Positions 1 through 8,739 of a stretch of 23,294 nucleotides of DNA are shown piece after piece. Each line of letters begins with the position of its first letter. Within the stretch, counting starts at the first letter, position 1. A program made the position numbers and the translations under genes. The notes under the pieces are model-generated. The model was given only the letters and a program-made list of their open reading frames with translations, was not told where the DNA came from and ran no database searches. Origin of the DNA: an uncultured archaeon. GTDB taxonomy: Archaea > Asgardarchaeota > Lokiarchaeia > Sigyniarchaeales > SOKP01. The stretch is from contig CAZWEM010000058.1 of assembly GCA_964632315.1 (NCBI GenBank), positions 1 through 23,294 of the forward strand, given 5' to 3'.

Positions 1-452
1 ATTATTCTTTTAGCTCCTGATAAGCGCACTCCATCAATAATTGAACCATGATTAAGCTCGTCTGATACGACTATGTCTTGTTTTCCAACTAACATGGGAA
101 TTAATCCCGAATTTACGGCGAAACCTGTTTGGCATAAAAGAGAAGCTTCTACTTCTTTAAACTTAGCAAATTTATCTTGAAATTCTTGAGTAAGATCGAA
201 AGAGCCAGCTATAACTGGTACTGCACCTGCTCCGGCTCCATACTTTTTAGTAGCTTCAATGGATGCTTGAACTACTTTAGGATGTGTTGCAAGACCTAAG
301 TAATTATTAGTATTTAACATCAATACCTTTTTTCCATCGACAACAGAATGAGGTTTGGAGCCATCATCAAGATATCGGATGATCCATTCCAAGTTATTAT
401 TACGTAAATCAGCCATTTCCTCACTTAAGAATGCAACGGGATCTCTATTCAA
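1..452 (-). CDS. kbl: Glycine C-acetyltransferase / 2-amino-3-ketobutyrate CoA ligase (PLP class II, BioF/Kbl family), 5' part; continues beyond the window start
   Basis: Not in the ORF track. Hand translation from TTG at 452: MNRDPVAFLSEEMADLR...VDGKKVLMLNTNNYLGLATHPKV...KYGAGAGAV...QTGFAVNSG...VSDELNHGSIIDGVRLSGA. NNYLGL and SDELNHxSIIDG are family motifs. The divergent tdh neighbour favours Kbl over BioF. Confidence 0.85.
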   Translation of the reverse strand, partial: MNRDPVAFLSEEMADLRNNNLEWIIRYLDDGSKPHSVVDGKKVLMLNTNNYLGLATHPKVVQASIEATKKYGAGAGAVPVIAGSFDLTQEFQDKFAKFKEVEASLLCQTGFAVNSGLIPMLVGKQDIVVSDELNHGSIIDGVRLSGAKRI

Positions 453-458
453 TACATT

Positions 459-464
459 TCACCT
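459..464 (-). promoter_or_regulatory. Shine-Dalgarno (AGGTGA) for kbl
   Basis: Minus strand reads AAGGTGA-AATGTA-TTG, a 6 nt spacing to the TTG start. Confidence 0.6.
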
Positions 465-622
465 TGTAATATAAAATTTGATATAATTGTAAGGTATAGA
501 CATGTATATTAGTTTTTCTCATTACATTTGTAAGGGAAAGGAGTGGGAATGATAGTGGTAAACCTTTTTTAGGGGAGAGAATTATGAATTTACACTGAAT
601 TTTATAGTCTAAGCTGATATAA

Positions 623-1567
623 ATGAGAAGAATATTAGTGATCGGAGCTGCTGGTCAAATTGGATCGGAACTCGTGCCGGCTTTACGAGAGATTTATGGA
701 TCACAAAACGTAATAGCTACGGGAAGACGAACCCCATTGCCTCCAATTATAACTGAGAATGGCCCTGTAATTTATCTAGATGCATTAAATAAAGACTCGT
801 TAGCGAAAACTATATATGAAAGAGATATTGATACGATATTTCACATGGCATCAATTTTATCTGCGACAGGGGAAAAAATGCCTCAGTCCGCATGGAATAT
901 TAACATTAATGGGTTAATGAACGTTCTTGAAATTGGGCGTTCTTATAGCATTGACAGAATCATTTGGCCAAGCTCGATTGCGGCGTTTGGGCCCTCGACT
1001 CCAAGAGAAAGTACCCCAAATGAGACAATTCTCCAGCCTTCCACTATCTATGGAATAAGCAAGGTCGCGGGGGAATTGTTAATTGAATATTATTATAATA
1101 AATATGGGCTGGATACTCGTTCAATGCGACTTCCCGGCATCATAAGTAGTGAAACACTACCGGGTGGAGGCACCACGGATTACGCTGTTGAGATTTTCTA
1201 TGAAGCGATTAAACACAAAACATACACTTGCTTTCTTAAAGAGGATACTCGGCTCCCCATGATGTACATGCCCGATTGTACAAAATGCATGGTAGATTTA
1301 TTAGAAGCACATCCTTCTAAGTTAAAGAGGCATGTATACAATGTGACTGGAATGAGTTTCTCGGCTGGAGAGCTGGCTGTTGAGATTAAAAAGCACATTC
1401 CGCAATTTACCATTGAATATAAACCCGATTTCAGGCAAAAAATTGCAGATTCTTGGCCCATGTCTATTGATGATTCTCTTGCGAGGGAAGAATGGGGTTG
1501 GAATCCTCAGTATGACCTTCAAAAAATGACTAAAGATATGATTGATGTTTTGAGTAAAAGGTTATAA
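623..1567 (+). CDS. tdh: L-threonine 3-dehydrogenase, SDR/GalE-like type
   Basis: GAAGQIG Rossmann motif, ILSATGE, PSSIAAFG, YGISK (YxxxK), and the PGGGTTDY and LPMMYMPD signatures of GalE-like ThrDH; next to kbl. Confidence 0.9.
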   Translation: MRRILVIGAAGQIGSELVPALREIYGSQNVIATGRRTPLPPIITENGPVIYLDALNKDSLAKTIYERDIDTIFHMASILSATGEKMPQSAWNININGLMNVLEIGRSYSIDRIIWPSSIAAFGPSTPRESTPNETILQPSTIYGISKVAGELLIEYYYNKYGLDTRSMRLPGIISSETLPGGGTTDYAVEIFYEAIKHKTYTCFLKEDTRLPMMYMPDCTKCMVDLLEAHPSKLKRHVYNVTGMSFSAGELAVEIKKHIPQFTIEYKPDFRQKIADSWPMSIDDSLAREEWGWNPQYDLQKMTKDMIDVLSKRL

Positions 1568-1597
1568 TTATTTTCTCAAATTTCTTATTTTTTATTG

Positions 1598-2374
1598 ATG
1601 AAAATGAAAGTTGTATTTCATGAAAAATACTTTGACTCGTCCTATGCCATGGATCCAGCTGCAGCATCTGGACGTTTAGAGGGAATTTTCGAGATTTTGT
1701 CTCAAAAGGTTGAGTATGAATTTATCGTTCCAGATTATGCAGAAAAAGAAGATATATTAAGAGCGCATACTAAACGGCATTATGATGCTATAAAAAGAGA
1801 CCTACATTTATTTGATTTAGCCACATTAGCTGCGGGAGGAGCAATTAAGGCTGCAAAATTAGGATATAATGGAGATCCAGCATTTGCTTTAATTAGGCCT
1901 CCAGGGCATCATGCTTCGGCGGATTCATGCTGGGGCTTTTGTTATTTCAATAACATGAGTATCAGCTTGCTTAAACTGTTTTCTGAAGGAAAGATCAAAT
2001 CTGCATTCGTGCTTGATTTCGACTTGCATACTGGAGATGGTAATCTTAATATCCTTAGCCATCGAAGTGATGGCTTCAAAGTCGATATTTTGAATCCGGA
2101 CGGAAGAACAAATCAAGATTATATTGATAGAGTGGAGAGTTACATGGAAAATTTACACGATATTGATCTCATTACAGCAAGCGCTGGATTTGACCAAGGC
2201 GTTGAAGATTGGGGAGGCCTGTTAGAACCGGAGGATTATACTACTCTTGGTGATTTGATGAAGAAACATTCCAAAAGACTTTGCAATGGACGTCGATATG
2301 CACTCATGGAAGGAGGATATAATCATGAGATTTTACCCATCAATGTCAATTCTTTCTGTCAAGGATTTGAATAA
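1598..2374 (+). CDS. Zn-dependent histone deacetylase (HDAC/AcuC/APAH) family protein, compact form
   Basis: RPPGHHA, GFCYFNN, DFDLHTGDG, SAGFD and EGGY motifs are all present. ATG at 1598 or 1604. Confidence 0.9.
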   Translation: MKMKVVFHEKYFDSSYAMDPAAASGRLEGIFEILSQKVEYEFIVPDYAEKEDILRAHTKRHYDAIKRDLHLFDLATLAAGGAIKAAKLGYNGDPAFALIRPPGHHASADSCWGFCYFNNMSISLLKLFSEGKIKSAFVLDFDLHTGDGNLNILSHRSDGFKVDILNPDGRTNQDYIDRVESYMENLHDIDLITASAGFDQGVEDWGGLLEPEDYTTLGDLMKKHSKRLCNGRRYALMEGGYNHEILPINVNSFCQGFE

Positions 2375-2468
2375 GGAAATCATGAGTAAAACCTAAATTT
2401 TAATCCAAGAGATATAAATACAAAAGCCTTATATGATTTTCAATAAAAATAACTATCTTGCGTTTATA

Positions 2469-3044
2469 TTACAGAAATATCAGTTCATAAAAATAGGCAC
2501 TCAAGAAGGTCATTGTCAATATTAGTGTCAATAGAATAATTAAATATAATTTATATTTATGTTTCTTCTCCTTCATCTTCTGCTTTTCTATCTCCTTTTC
2601 CCTCTGTAGAGTAATTAATTCCTCGTTTGTATCACCTGAATTATTCGAAGAGAGAATATCTACATCATCATGCCAGAATTGATCTAACCGCTTTTTGCCA
2701 TAAGCTTGGATAGCACCATATTTTACAGTGAATTTCTTTTTTGCCCATAAATCCATTCCTTGTGAGAAAACCTTAATTTTAACGATTAGATAAATAAAAT
2801 AAATGATTAAAGGAAGGATCATAATTTGATAAACAGCAAAATAAAAAATTCCCACACCAATTGTGTCTACGCATATTATCAAACTACAAATGGTTGATCC
2901 ATAATTGAAAATGATGAAATAAGGATTTTTCATTATCCAATAATAAAAACATAAGAAGTAGATAATTGATGACGAAGAGATTAGAACTAAAGAAAGAAGA
3001 AAATTAGAGTAATTACTAAAACTCCAAAAACTCCAAAAAAACAT
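2469..3044 (-). CDS. Hypothetical multi-pass membrane protein, possibly N-terminally truncated (upstream in-frame ATG at 3161)
   Basis: About 3 hydrophobic helices, a charged coiled-coil-like segment and a C-terminal TM helix. The frame stays open upstream to a TAA at 3152-3150. Confidence 0.6.
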   Translation of the reverse strand: MFFWSFWSFSNYSNFLLSLVLISSSSIIYFLCFYYWIMKNPYFIIFNYGSTICSLIICVDTIGVGIFYFAVYQIMILPLIIYFIYLIVKIKVFSQGMDLWAKKKFTVKYGAIQAYGKKRLDQFWHDDVDILSSNNSGDTNEELITLQREKEIEKQKMKEKKHKYKLYLIILLTLILTMTFLSAYFYELIFL

Positions 3045-3275
3045 TATGATAAAATTGATACTTGCAAATACTAAATTAAAATAATCACTTCTACTATGAC
3101 TTTTTTTGATTTCTGAACCTGGAGCACTAATCTGGATATTTTTAATTTTTTATTGCACCATTTTACAAGGTAAACTGGATTATTTAAAAATCTCTATAAT
3201 AATATAATTTTCAATTCTTACACTTAGAGAATATTTATATAAGATTCTGTCTACTATTGTCATAAGCCAAAAAAC

Positions 3276-3282
3276 AAGGAGG
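3276..3282 (+). promoter_or_regulatory. Shine-Dalgarno AAGGAGG for the small ORF
   Basis: AAGGAGG ends 7 nt upstream of the ATG at 3290. Confidence 0.65.
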
Positions 3283-3289
3283 GAAAAAA

Positions 3290-3445
3290 ATGCCCGAAAA
3301 TAATGAACTAAATGAAAATGTCATTGATGAATTAAAAAAAATAAACAAACGATTGAATAGTATGCATTCGTGGCTAGCTGGGTTCATCATTGTGACTATA
3401 CTATTCTACGTATATATCGTGTACTTCAGATTTATCCTGCCCTAA
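3290..3445 (+). CDS. 51-aa small membrane protein (amphipathic helix plus C-terminal TM)
   Basis: Not in the ORF track. MPENNELNENVIDELKKINKRLNSMHSWLAGFIIVTILFYVYIVYFRFILP*; strong SD; lies in an otherwise empty intergenic gap. Confidence 0.7.
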   Translation: MPENNELNENVIDELKKINKRLNSMHSWLAGFIIVTILFYVYIVYFRFILP

Positions 3446-3543
3446 ATTTTCAGAAATTAATCTAATGTCTAGGAAACTTAAACCTATAAGTTAGAATTTT
3501 GAAATTTCAGCTTAAATCATCAAGAAAATTAAAAAGGAAAAAA

Positions 3544-4878
3544 CTAAGAGCTAATTTGATAAAAGCTTTCTTGAAACTCTGGTTTATTTTTGTATCGTTC
3601 CATGAATAATAAGGGAGCTTTTTCAAGATTTTTGAATAAATATGATGGTGCTTTAATACCAGCTTCTTTTAATGCATTTTGGATATTTTCGACAGTTGGT
3701 GGGCAACCCTTTATTGCGATCAGTTGATTTATGTTCGGATGATCTTTGTTCTTGTTGTATTGGCATTGTCCGAGTAAAATTGTTTTGTTCGCATCTGGAG
3801 AAGGTTCCATGATTTTTCCAGTCAATACTTCGATATTATCAAATGGTTCGCCCTTCCAGGCAGACTTAATTGCGGTCAATATAACCCCGTTATAAAAACT
3901 ACAAAAAGTGCACATAGTTTCATCGTATCTTCTATATCTTATACCCTTAATCCCCGCTTTAGCATATGATAAGGGTAACGTATTGTTATTTTTGTAAATA
4001 AATTCCCATCCATGTGGACTTGCTAAACTTTCAATAGTTTCCCCCTTGATTTCTATGTCAGACAAATCAATTGGTCGATTGCGGTCCTTAGCAGCTTGGA
4101 CTAAATGTGGTACGGCTTTAGGATCAATGTCTAAAAGACTAGACCCAACGAGATCAGCAGAAAGTATATCCTTTGATGCCACTAGGATGTTGCTTCGATG
4201 AGCTTTTCCATCGAAGGTTGGGCCTCTCTCTAGGGTATAAATGCCATCAATCAAAGTGAAAGTAGGAGGTACCTTATTAGCCAGTTGAGATACGTTATAA
4301 TGCAAAGTATATTTAGGATCATCTCCATGGAATTTCTTTCGAGAGGCAATATTGATGAGCCCTTTAATGTTTTTCATGCCTAAACTTACTACGCATTGAG
4401 CATGTGTCTTTAGTACAGGAAGATCAATTAAGAAATCCGAATGCAGCATATCCGCATTCATCTTTGCAGTCAATCCTTCAGTTAACTCAACCTTCTCAAA
4501 AGGTCGAGCGAACGTATCGTATATTTCAACTCCGTATTTTTCCTTTAGTACATTGTATCCTAAATATTCAAATGCATCTTTTGGTGTTTCTCTATCTTTT
4601 GGATCATCAGTAATTATTCCTTCACCAATGATCATATTACGTGCACCAAGCTCATGGAGATATTTTACGACTTCTTCCACCACTCGGGTAGTTGTGAGCA
4701 TTCCCCATTTAGGAAAGTCGCAATGTCGATTCCAATATACCAGATTTGGCTTGATAAAGATTTTTCCATCCATAGGAATATCTTCAAAACCGTTAACTAA
4801 ATCTATAGCTTTTCTTACTGATTCTTTTGGTTGATCATACTTTACTATTGATACTAATCTCTTTTCCATATTTATCAA
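3544..4878 (-). CDS. DUF362-domain protein with C-terminal Cys-rich (putative Fe-S) region
   Basis: IFIKPNLV, LPVLKTH, SLGMKN, LIDGI and DLV motifs of DUF362; C-terminal CTFC, GQC and KGCPP. The true start may be the ATG at 4869. Confidence 0.8.
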   Translation of the reverse strand: MINMEKRLVSIVKYDQPKESVRKAIDLVNGFEDIPMDGKIFIKPNLVYWNRHCDFPKWGMLTTTRVVEEVVKYLHELGARNMIIGEGIITDDPKDRETPKDAFEYLGYNVLKEKYGVEIYDTFARPFEKVELTEGLTAKMNADMLHSDFLIDLPVLKTHAQCVVSLGMKNIKGLINIASRKKFHGDDPKYTLHYNVSQLANKVPPTFTLIDGIYTLERGPTFDGKAHRSNILVASKDILSADLVGSSLLDIDPKAVPHLVQAAKDRNRPIDLSDIEIKGETIESLASPHGWEFIYKNNNTLPLSYAKAGIKGIRYRRYDETMCTFCSFYNGVILTAIKSAWKGEPFDNIEVLTGKIMEPSPDANKTILLGQCQYNKNKDHPNINQLIAIKGCPPTVENIQNALKEAGIKAPSYLFKNLEKAPLLFMERYKNKPEFQESFYQISS

Positions 4879-4999
4879 CTAATCTTCACTTAAATTAAGT
4901 ATCTGAATTTAAAATTGCTTAAAAATACCATTATTATTCATATAAATTTGAATGCAATTTTTTCTTAAAACAAGATTAATTTAACTTGAAAATAAAGAT

Positions 5000-5554
5000 T
5001 TAAGATTTTTTCTCGTCATGAATTTTTTTCCATTCTTGCTGTAAAATAGCCATAATGAGAGTATCGTGATAATCCCCGTTAATAAAGACCGCTTGCCTTT
5101 TTGCGCCTTCTCTTGTAAATCCTAATTTCTCATAGCATCGTATTCCTCTCTGATTAAAATCATATACCAAGAGTTCAATTCTGTTTAGATTTAAGGTTTT
5201 AAAACTATAATCCAAGAGAAGTTCCAATGCTTCAGTTCCATAACCTTTTCCCCAATAATCTTTCTCACCGATCATTATTCCACACACACCAACCCGATCC
5301 TTCCAGTTAACTTGATGGATTCCACAATTTCCTATTAAAAGTTCTTTTTCATTCTCTTCTGAAATCACGATAGCAAAAAGAAAATCATTTTCCCTTTTAG
5401 GAAGATTTTCATACCACGCTTCCTCCATTTCTATGGTCATTGGGCGGAACATTACTAAATATTGAGTGATTTCAAGGTCATTTATCCACTTTATATAAGA
5501 TTCTATGTACTCTTTCTTTGTTGGTACTAATTTGATTCTTTCTCCTATTAACAT
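5000..5554 (-). CDS. GNAT N-acetyltransferase, RimJ/RimL (SpeG-like) family
   Basis: GIMIGEKDYWGKGYGTEA acetyl-CoA motif A, LNLNRIEL, and NQRGIRCYEKLGF..EG. Confidence 0.9.
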   Translation of the reverse strand: MLIGERIKLVPTKKEYIESYIKWINDLEITQYLVMFRPMTIEMEEAWYENLPKRENDFLFAIVISEENEKELLIGNCGIHQVNWKDRVGVCGIMIGEKDYWGKGYGTEALELLLDYSFKTLNLNRIELLVYDFNQRGIRCYEKLGFTREGAKRQAVFINGDYHDTLIMAILQQEWKKIHDEKKS

Positions 5555-5610
5555 ACGAACTTATATTCATTTTTTATTTAAAAGATTTAACTAAAATGTA
5601 TAGTAAGGAT

Positions 5611-5632
5611 AAAAAAGATGAAAAAGAATAAA
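5611..5632 (-). terminator. Putative archaeal U-rich terminator after P-type ATPase 1
   Basis: Minus strand reads TTTATTCTTTTTCATCTTTTTT just after the stop codon. Confidence 0.4.
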
Positions 5633-5638
5633 GGATTT

Positions 5639-8545
5639 TTAAAAGAATATTTTCGACCTTCTAGCTAAATACTTGACAATCTCGAAAGATATGATGCAAA
5701 TCAATGAAATAAGAAAGCAAACTAACCAATCTAGAGCAGTCAAGTACATGAACATAAAATTAATACCCCAAGAAGCAAGAGTTACTTGAAATCCAGGAAT
5801 GTACATTATAGCTAAAAATACAAAAAACAATAATCCGATGAGGATATACATGAATTTAGTGGAATCTTCCCTTATACTTCTTACAAGAGATTTATTAGGT
5901 CTTCTAATTTGAAAGACTAAAAATGATTCACAGAAATAGAGCGTAACCATCAACATTGTCAATGTTTTTGCAGTTGTGAGGTTTACACCAGGAGAATACA
6001 ATCCAATTGTTTCGGGAGAATAAAGATAACCACCATTAAAAGCACCAAAATTATAATTTTGGGGGAATAATGGATATGCTCCCGTGATTGTGGTAAAATA
6101 AACGACCAGCATACTAATAGATAATAGTATGCCAAATATCGCTAATAATATAAACGTATTTTTACTCAAGATCTCTTCTTCATCTCGCGGTTTATGCTTC
6201 ATCACATCCCTAGAGGTAGTGTCAAAAGTTAGTACCAGTCCAGGGAACATGTGAAGAGTAATTGATAAGAAGACCCACTGTAAGTAAAATGCCTGATCTA
6301 AAAAGTAAGGATGTTCCAAAATAACTGCTAAGATGAATTGGACTATGCCCTCGAATACATTTATGCATATATAAAAAAATACTACTGCCCTTATCCTGGC
6401 AAAAATACCTCTTCCTTGTTCTATACCTTTAACAATTGAGTTGAAAGAATCATCACTGATGACCATATCGGAAGCCTCCTTGGCAACGTCTGTACCTTGG
6501 ATCCCCATCGCAATGCCTGCATCAGCCATATTTAAGGCTAAAGCGTCATTCACACCATCTCCGGTCATCGCAACAACCTTATCAGCATCTTGATATCTTT
6601 CTACGATGTCTTGCTTGTGTTCGGGAGATACCCGAGCGAAGACTTTAACTCGGCTAAAATCATAGAAGGAGTTTATGTCTTTAATATCCTTACCTTCCAT
6701 GACGAGATCACTATTAGTATCATTTATAATAGAGATTTGTTTCGCTATTGCAGAAGCAGTTACTTTACTATCTCCAGTAATCATGACAACATTTACCCCT
6801 GCAGCATGGCACTCTTCTACGCTTTCCTTAACCCCTTCACGTGGCGGATCTAAAATCGTGACAAATCCGATATAAATCATTTCAGATTCCAACAATTCTC
6901 TTCCAGAATCCTCTTCATCTTCGGGAGGAATTGTATCCAATTTTTTATAGCAGAGGCAAAGAACTCTATACCCTTGGCTAGCATAATGCTGTTCTTCTTT
7001 AGATATCCTTTCTTTTAAATCAGTAGTAAATTCTACCTCTTTATTTTCGTATAAAACCTTGGTACATAATGGCATGAGAATTTCACTCGCTCCCTTAGTG
7101 AAAGAGTAATATTTTCCTTCCCGCTTGTAGATTTTAGTCATTCTTTTCAACTTGGAATCAAATGGATATTCTCTTATATACTCGAAATCCTCAAGCATGT
7201 AGTCTCCCATTCCTTTTTGGAAGAGTACCATGAGAGCACCCTCTGTTGGACTTCCTATTACAGTGTAATTATTTATTGTTTTACCAGAAATTTCTAATTC
7301 ATTTTTTACTAAAGCAGAGTTATTATTTAGAAATCCGGAAATTAATAAGAGTTTTAATTGGGAGTGTTCATCAATATGTTTTACATATCGGGGATTCTTT
7401 TCATCCATTTTAATAATTTCCCCCTCAGGATTATATCCTACTCCAGTTACTTTGTATGTACTACCATTTGTCCAAATATTTTGAATGCACATTTGATTCT
7501 TCGTTAAAGTTCCTGTTTTATCGCTACATACAACACTAACCCTACCCAAACTATCTACTGAAGCTAAATTACGAATAATTACGCCTTTATGAGCCATTGC
7601 AACAACCCCAGTCAAAAGAATAATTGTTACTAATAATGGGATGTTAATCGGAAGCAGATCAAGAGCAGCATTTAGACTTCCTACGATCTCAATTCTTAAG
7701 AATCCACTCGCAATCCATTTTATGAATAAAATAAGCAACCAAAAAGCTATGACAATTATACCAAGCCACTTTCCAAAATTATTCATTTTTTCACGGATGG
7801 GAATTTCTGAGGTTCCTGCTTCCTCAAGACCTTGAGATATTTTTCCTATTTCAGTATTTTTCCCAACTTTTACAGTTAAAGCTGTACCATTACCAGTCGT
7901 AATATAGGTACCGTAAAAAACCATATTATTTCTCTCAGCTATGGGAATTTCCTTTTCTGATAAAAATTTGCCTTGATTCAACTTTCTAACTGGTTCTGCT
8001 TCACCTGTGAGAGAAGCTTCATTAACCTCTAAATTAGAAGCTTGTATGATACGTGCATCAGCGGGAATTCGGTCACCTTGCTTTAATACGAGTAGATCTC
8101 CAACAACTACCTCTTTTGTGGGAATTTCTAGCTTACTTCCGTTACGAATAACTGTTGTAGTTGGTGCTGTCATTTCTCTCAGAGCATTTAATTTTTTTGT
8201 TGCTCTATATTGTTGAACAACGGCTACTACAGCATTGAGGAGAACTATGCCCAAGGTTAACATAATAAAGGTCAAATTCCCTTCTCCACCAAAAATAGCT
8301 GCCAAAAATAAGATTAAAGCACCAATTAAATAAATTACAATCAACCAATTGAATAAGGGGGCTAAATAAATCTTAATGAACCCTTTTGAGGCTTTCGGGA
8401 TTTCATTGTATCCATAAAGCTGAATTCTTTTTTGAGCCTCTTCCCGAGTCAAACCATTAGTAGGATTTGATTGGAATTTGTCATAAATTTGATCTAAATT
8501 TAGAGAATAATATCGTTCTTCTATCAAAAAAATCTCCCGCGACAA
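5639..8545 (-). CDS. P-type ATPase, P2-like scaffold with atypical transport site (copy 1)
   Basis: GDRIPADARI, SLTGEA, CSDKTGTLTKNQM, KGASE, DPPR, MITGD, ARVSPEHK, TGDGVND; ~10 TM. M4 reads LPINIP and M6 reads ITLHMFP. Confidence 0.95.
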   Translation of the reverse strand: MSREIFLIEERYYSLNLDQIYDKFQSNPTNGLTREEAQKRIQLYGYNEIPKASKGFIKIYLAPLFNWLIVIYLIGALILFLAAIFGGEGNLTFIMLTLGIVLLNAVVAVVQQYRATKKLNALREMTAPTTTVIRNGSKLEIPTKEVVVGDLLVLKQGDRIPADARIIQASNLEVNEASLTGEAEPVRKLNQGKFLSEKEIPIAERNNMVFYGTYITTGNGTALTVKVGKNTEIGKISQGLEEAGTSEIPIREKMNNFGKWLGIIVIAFWLLILFIKWIASGFLRIEIVGSLNAALDLLPINIPLLVTIILLTGVVAMAHKGVIIRNLASVDSLGRVSVVCSDKTGTLTKNQMCIQNIWTNGSTYKVTGVGYNPEGEIIKMDEKNPRYVKHIDEHSQLKLLLISGFLNNNSALVKNELEISGKTINNYTVIGSPTEGALMVLFQKGMGDYMLEDFEYIREYPFDSKLKRMTKIYKREGKYYSFTKGASEILMPLCTKVLYENKEVEFTTDLKERISKEEQHYASQGYRVLCLCYKKLDTIPPEDEEDSGRELLESEMIYIGFVTILDPPREGVKESVEECHAAGVNVVMITGDSKVTASAIAKQISIINDTNSDLVMEGKDIKDINSFYDFSRVKVFARVSPEHKQDIVERYQDADKVVAMTGDGVNDALALNMADAGIAMGIQGTDVAKEASDMVISDDSFNSIVKGIEQGRGIFARIRAVVFFYICINVFEGIVQFILAVILEHPYFLDQAFYLQWVFLSITLHMFPGLVLTFDTTSRDVMKHKPRDEEEILSKNTFILLAIFGILLSISMLVVYFTTITGAYPLFPQNYNFGAFNGGYLYSPETIGLYSPGVNLTTAKTLTMLMVTLYFCESFLVFQIRRPNKSLVRSIREDSTKFMYILIGLLFFVFLAIMYIPGFQVTLASWGINFMFMYLTALDWLVCFLISLICIISFEIVKYLARRSKIFF

Positions 8546-8739
8546 TTATTATTGATAATAAATCAATTAATTCTAATATATAATAGCTAAAACAATACTT
8601 ATTTTTATTTTATTACTTTTTTGATATGATTCTTAGGAAGATTGACAAGTATCATTCTTTCTTTACGTTAAATTGTGAAAAAATTATAATATTTAAAACA
8701 AAATGTAGAAATTTAAAAATCTATCATTTCTTTCTTGAA

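Noticed and set aside
449-457. Minus-strand mini-ORF ATG TAT TGA overlapping the kbl TTG start (possible uORF control)
   Set aside because: The SD is 1 nt from this ATG but 6 nt from the TTG, so it is probably coincidental.
531-580. G/purine-rich stretch in the kbl-tdh intergenic region (G-quadruplex or ncRNA?)
   Set aside because: The G-runs are irregular, there is no convincing stem, and no RNA family was recognised.
3290-3445. Calling the small protein a SNARE
   Set aside because: Only ~25 soluble residues, whereas a SNARE motif needs about 55-60.
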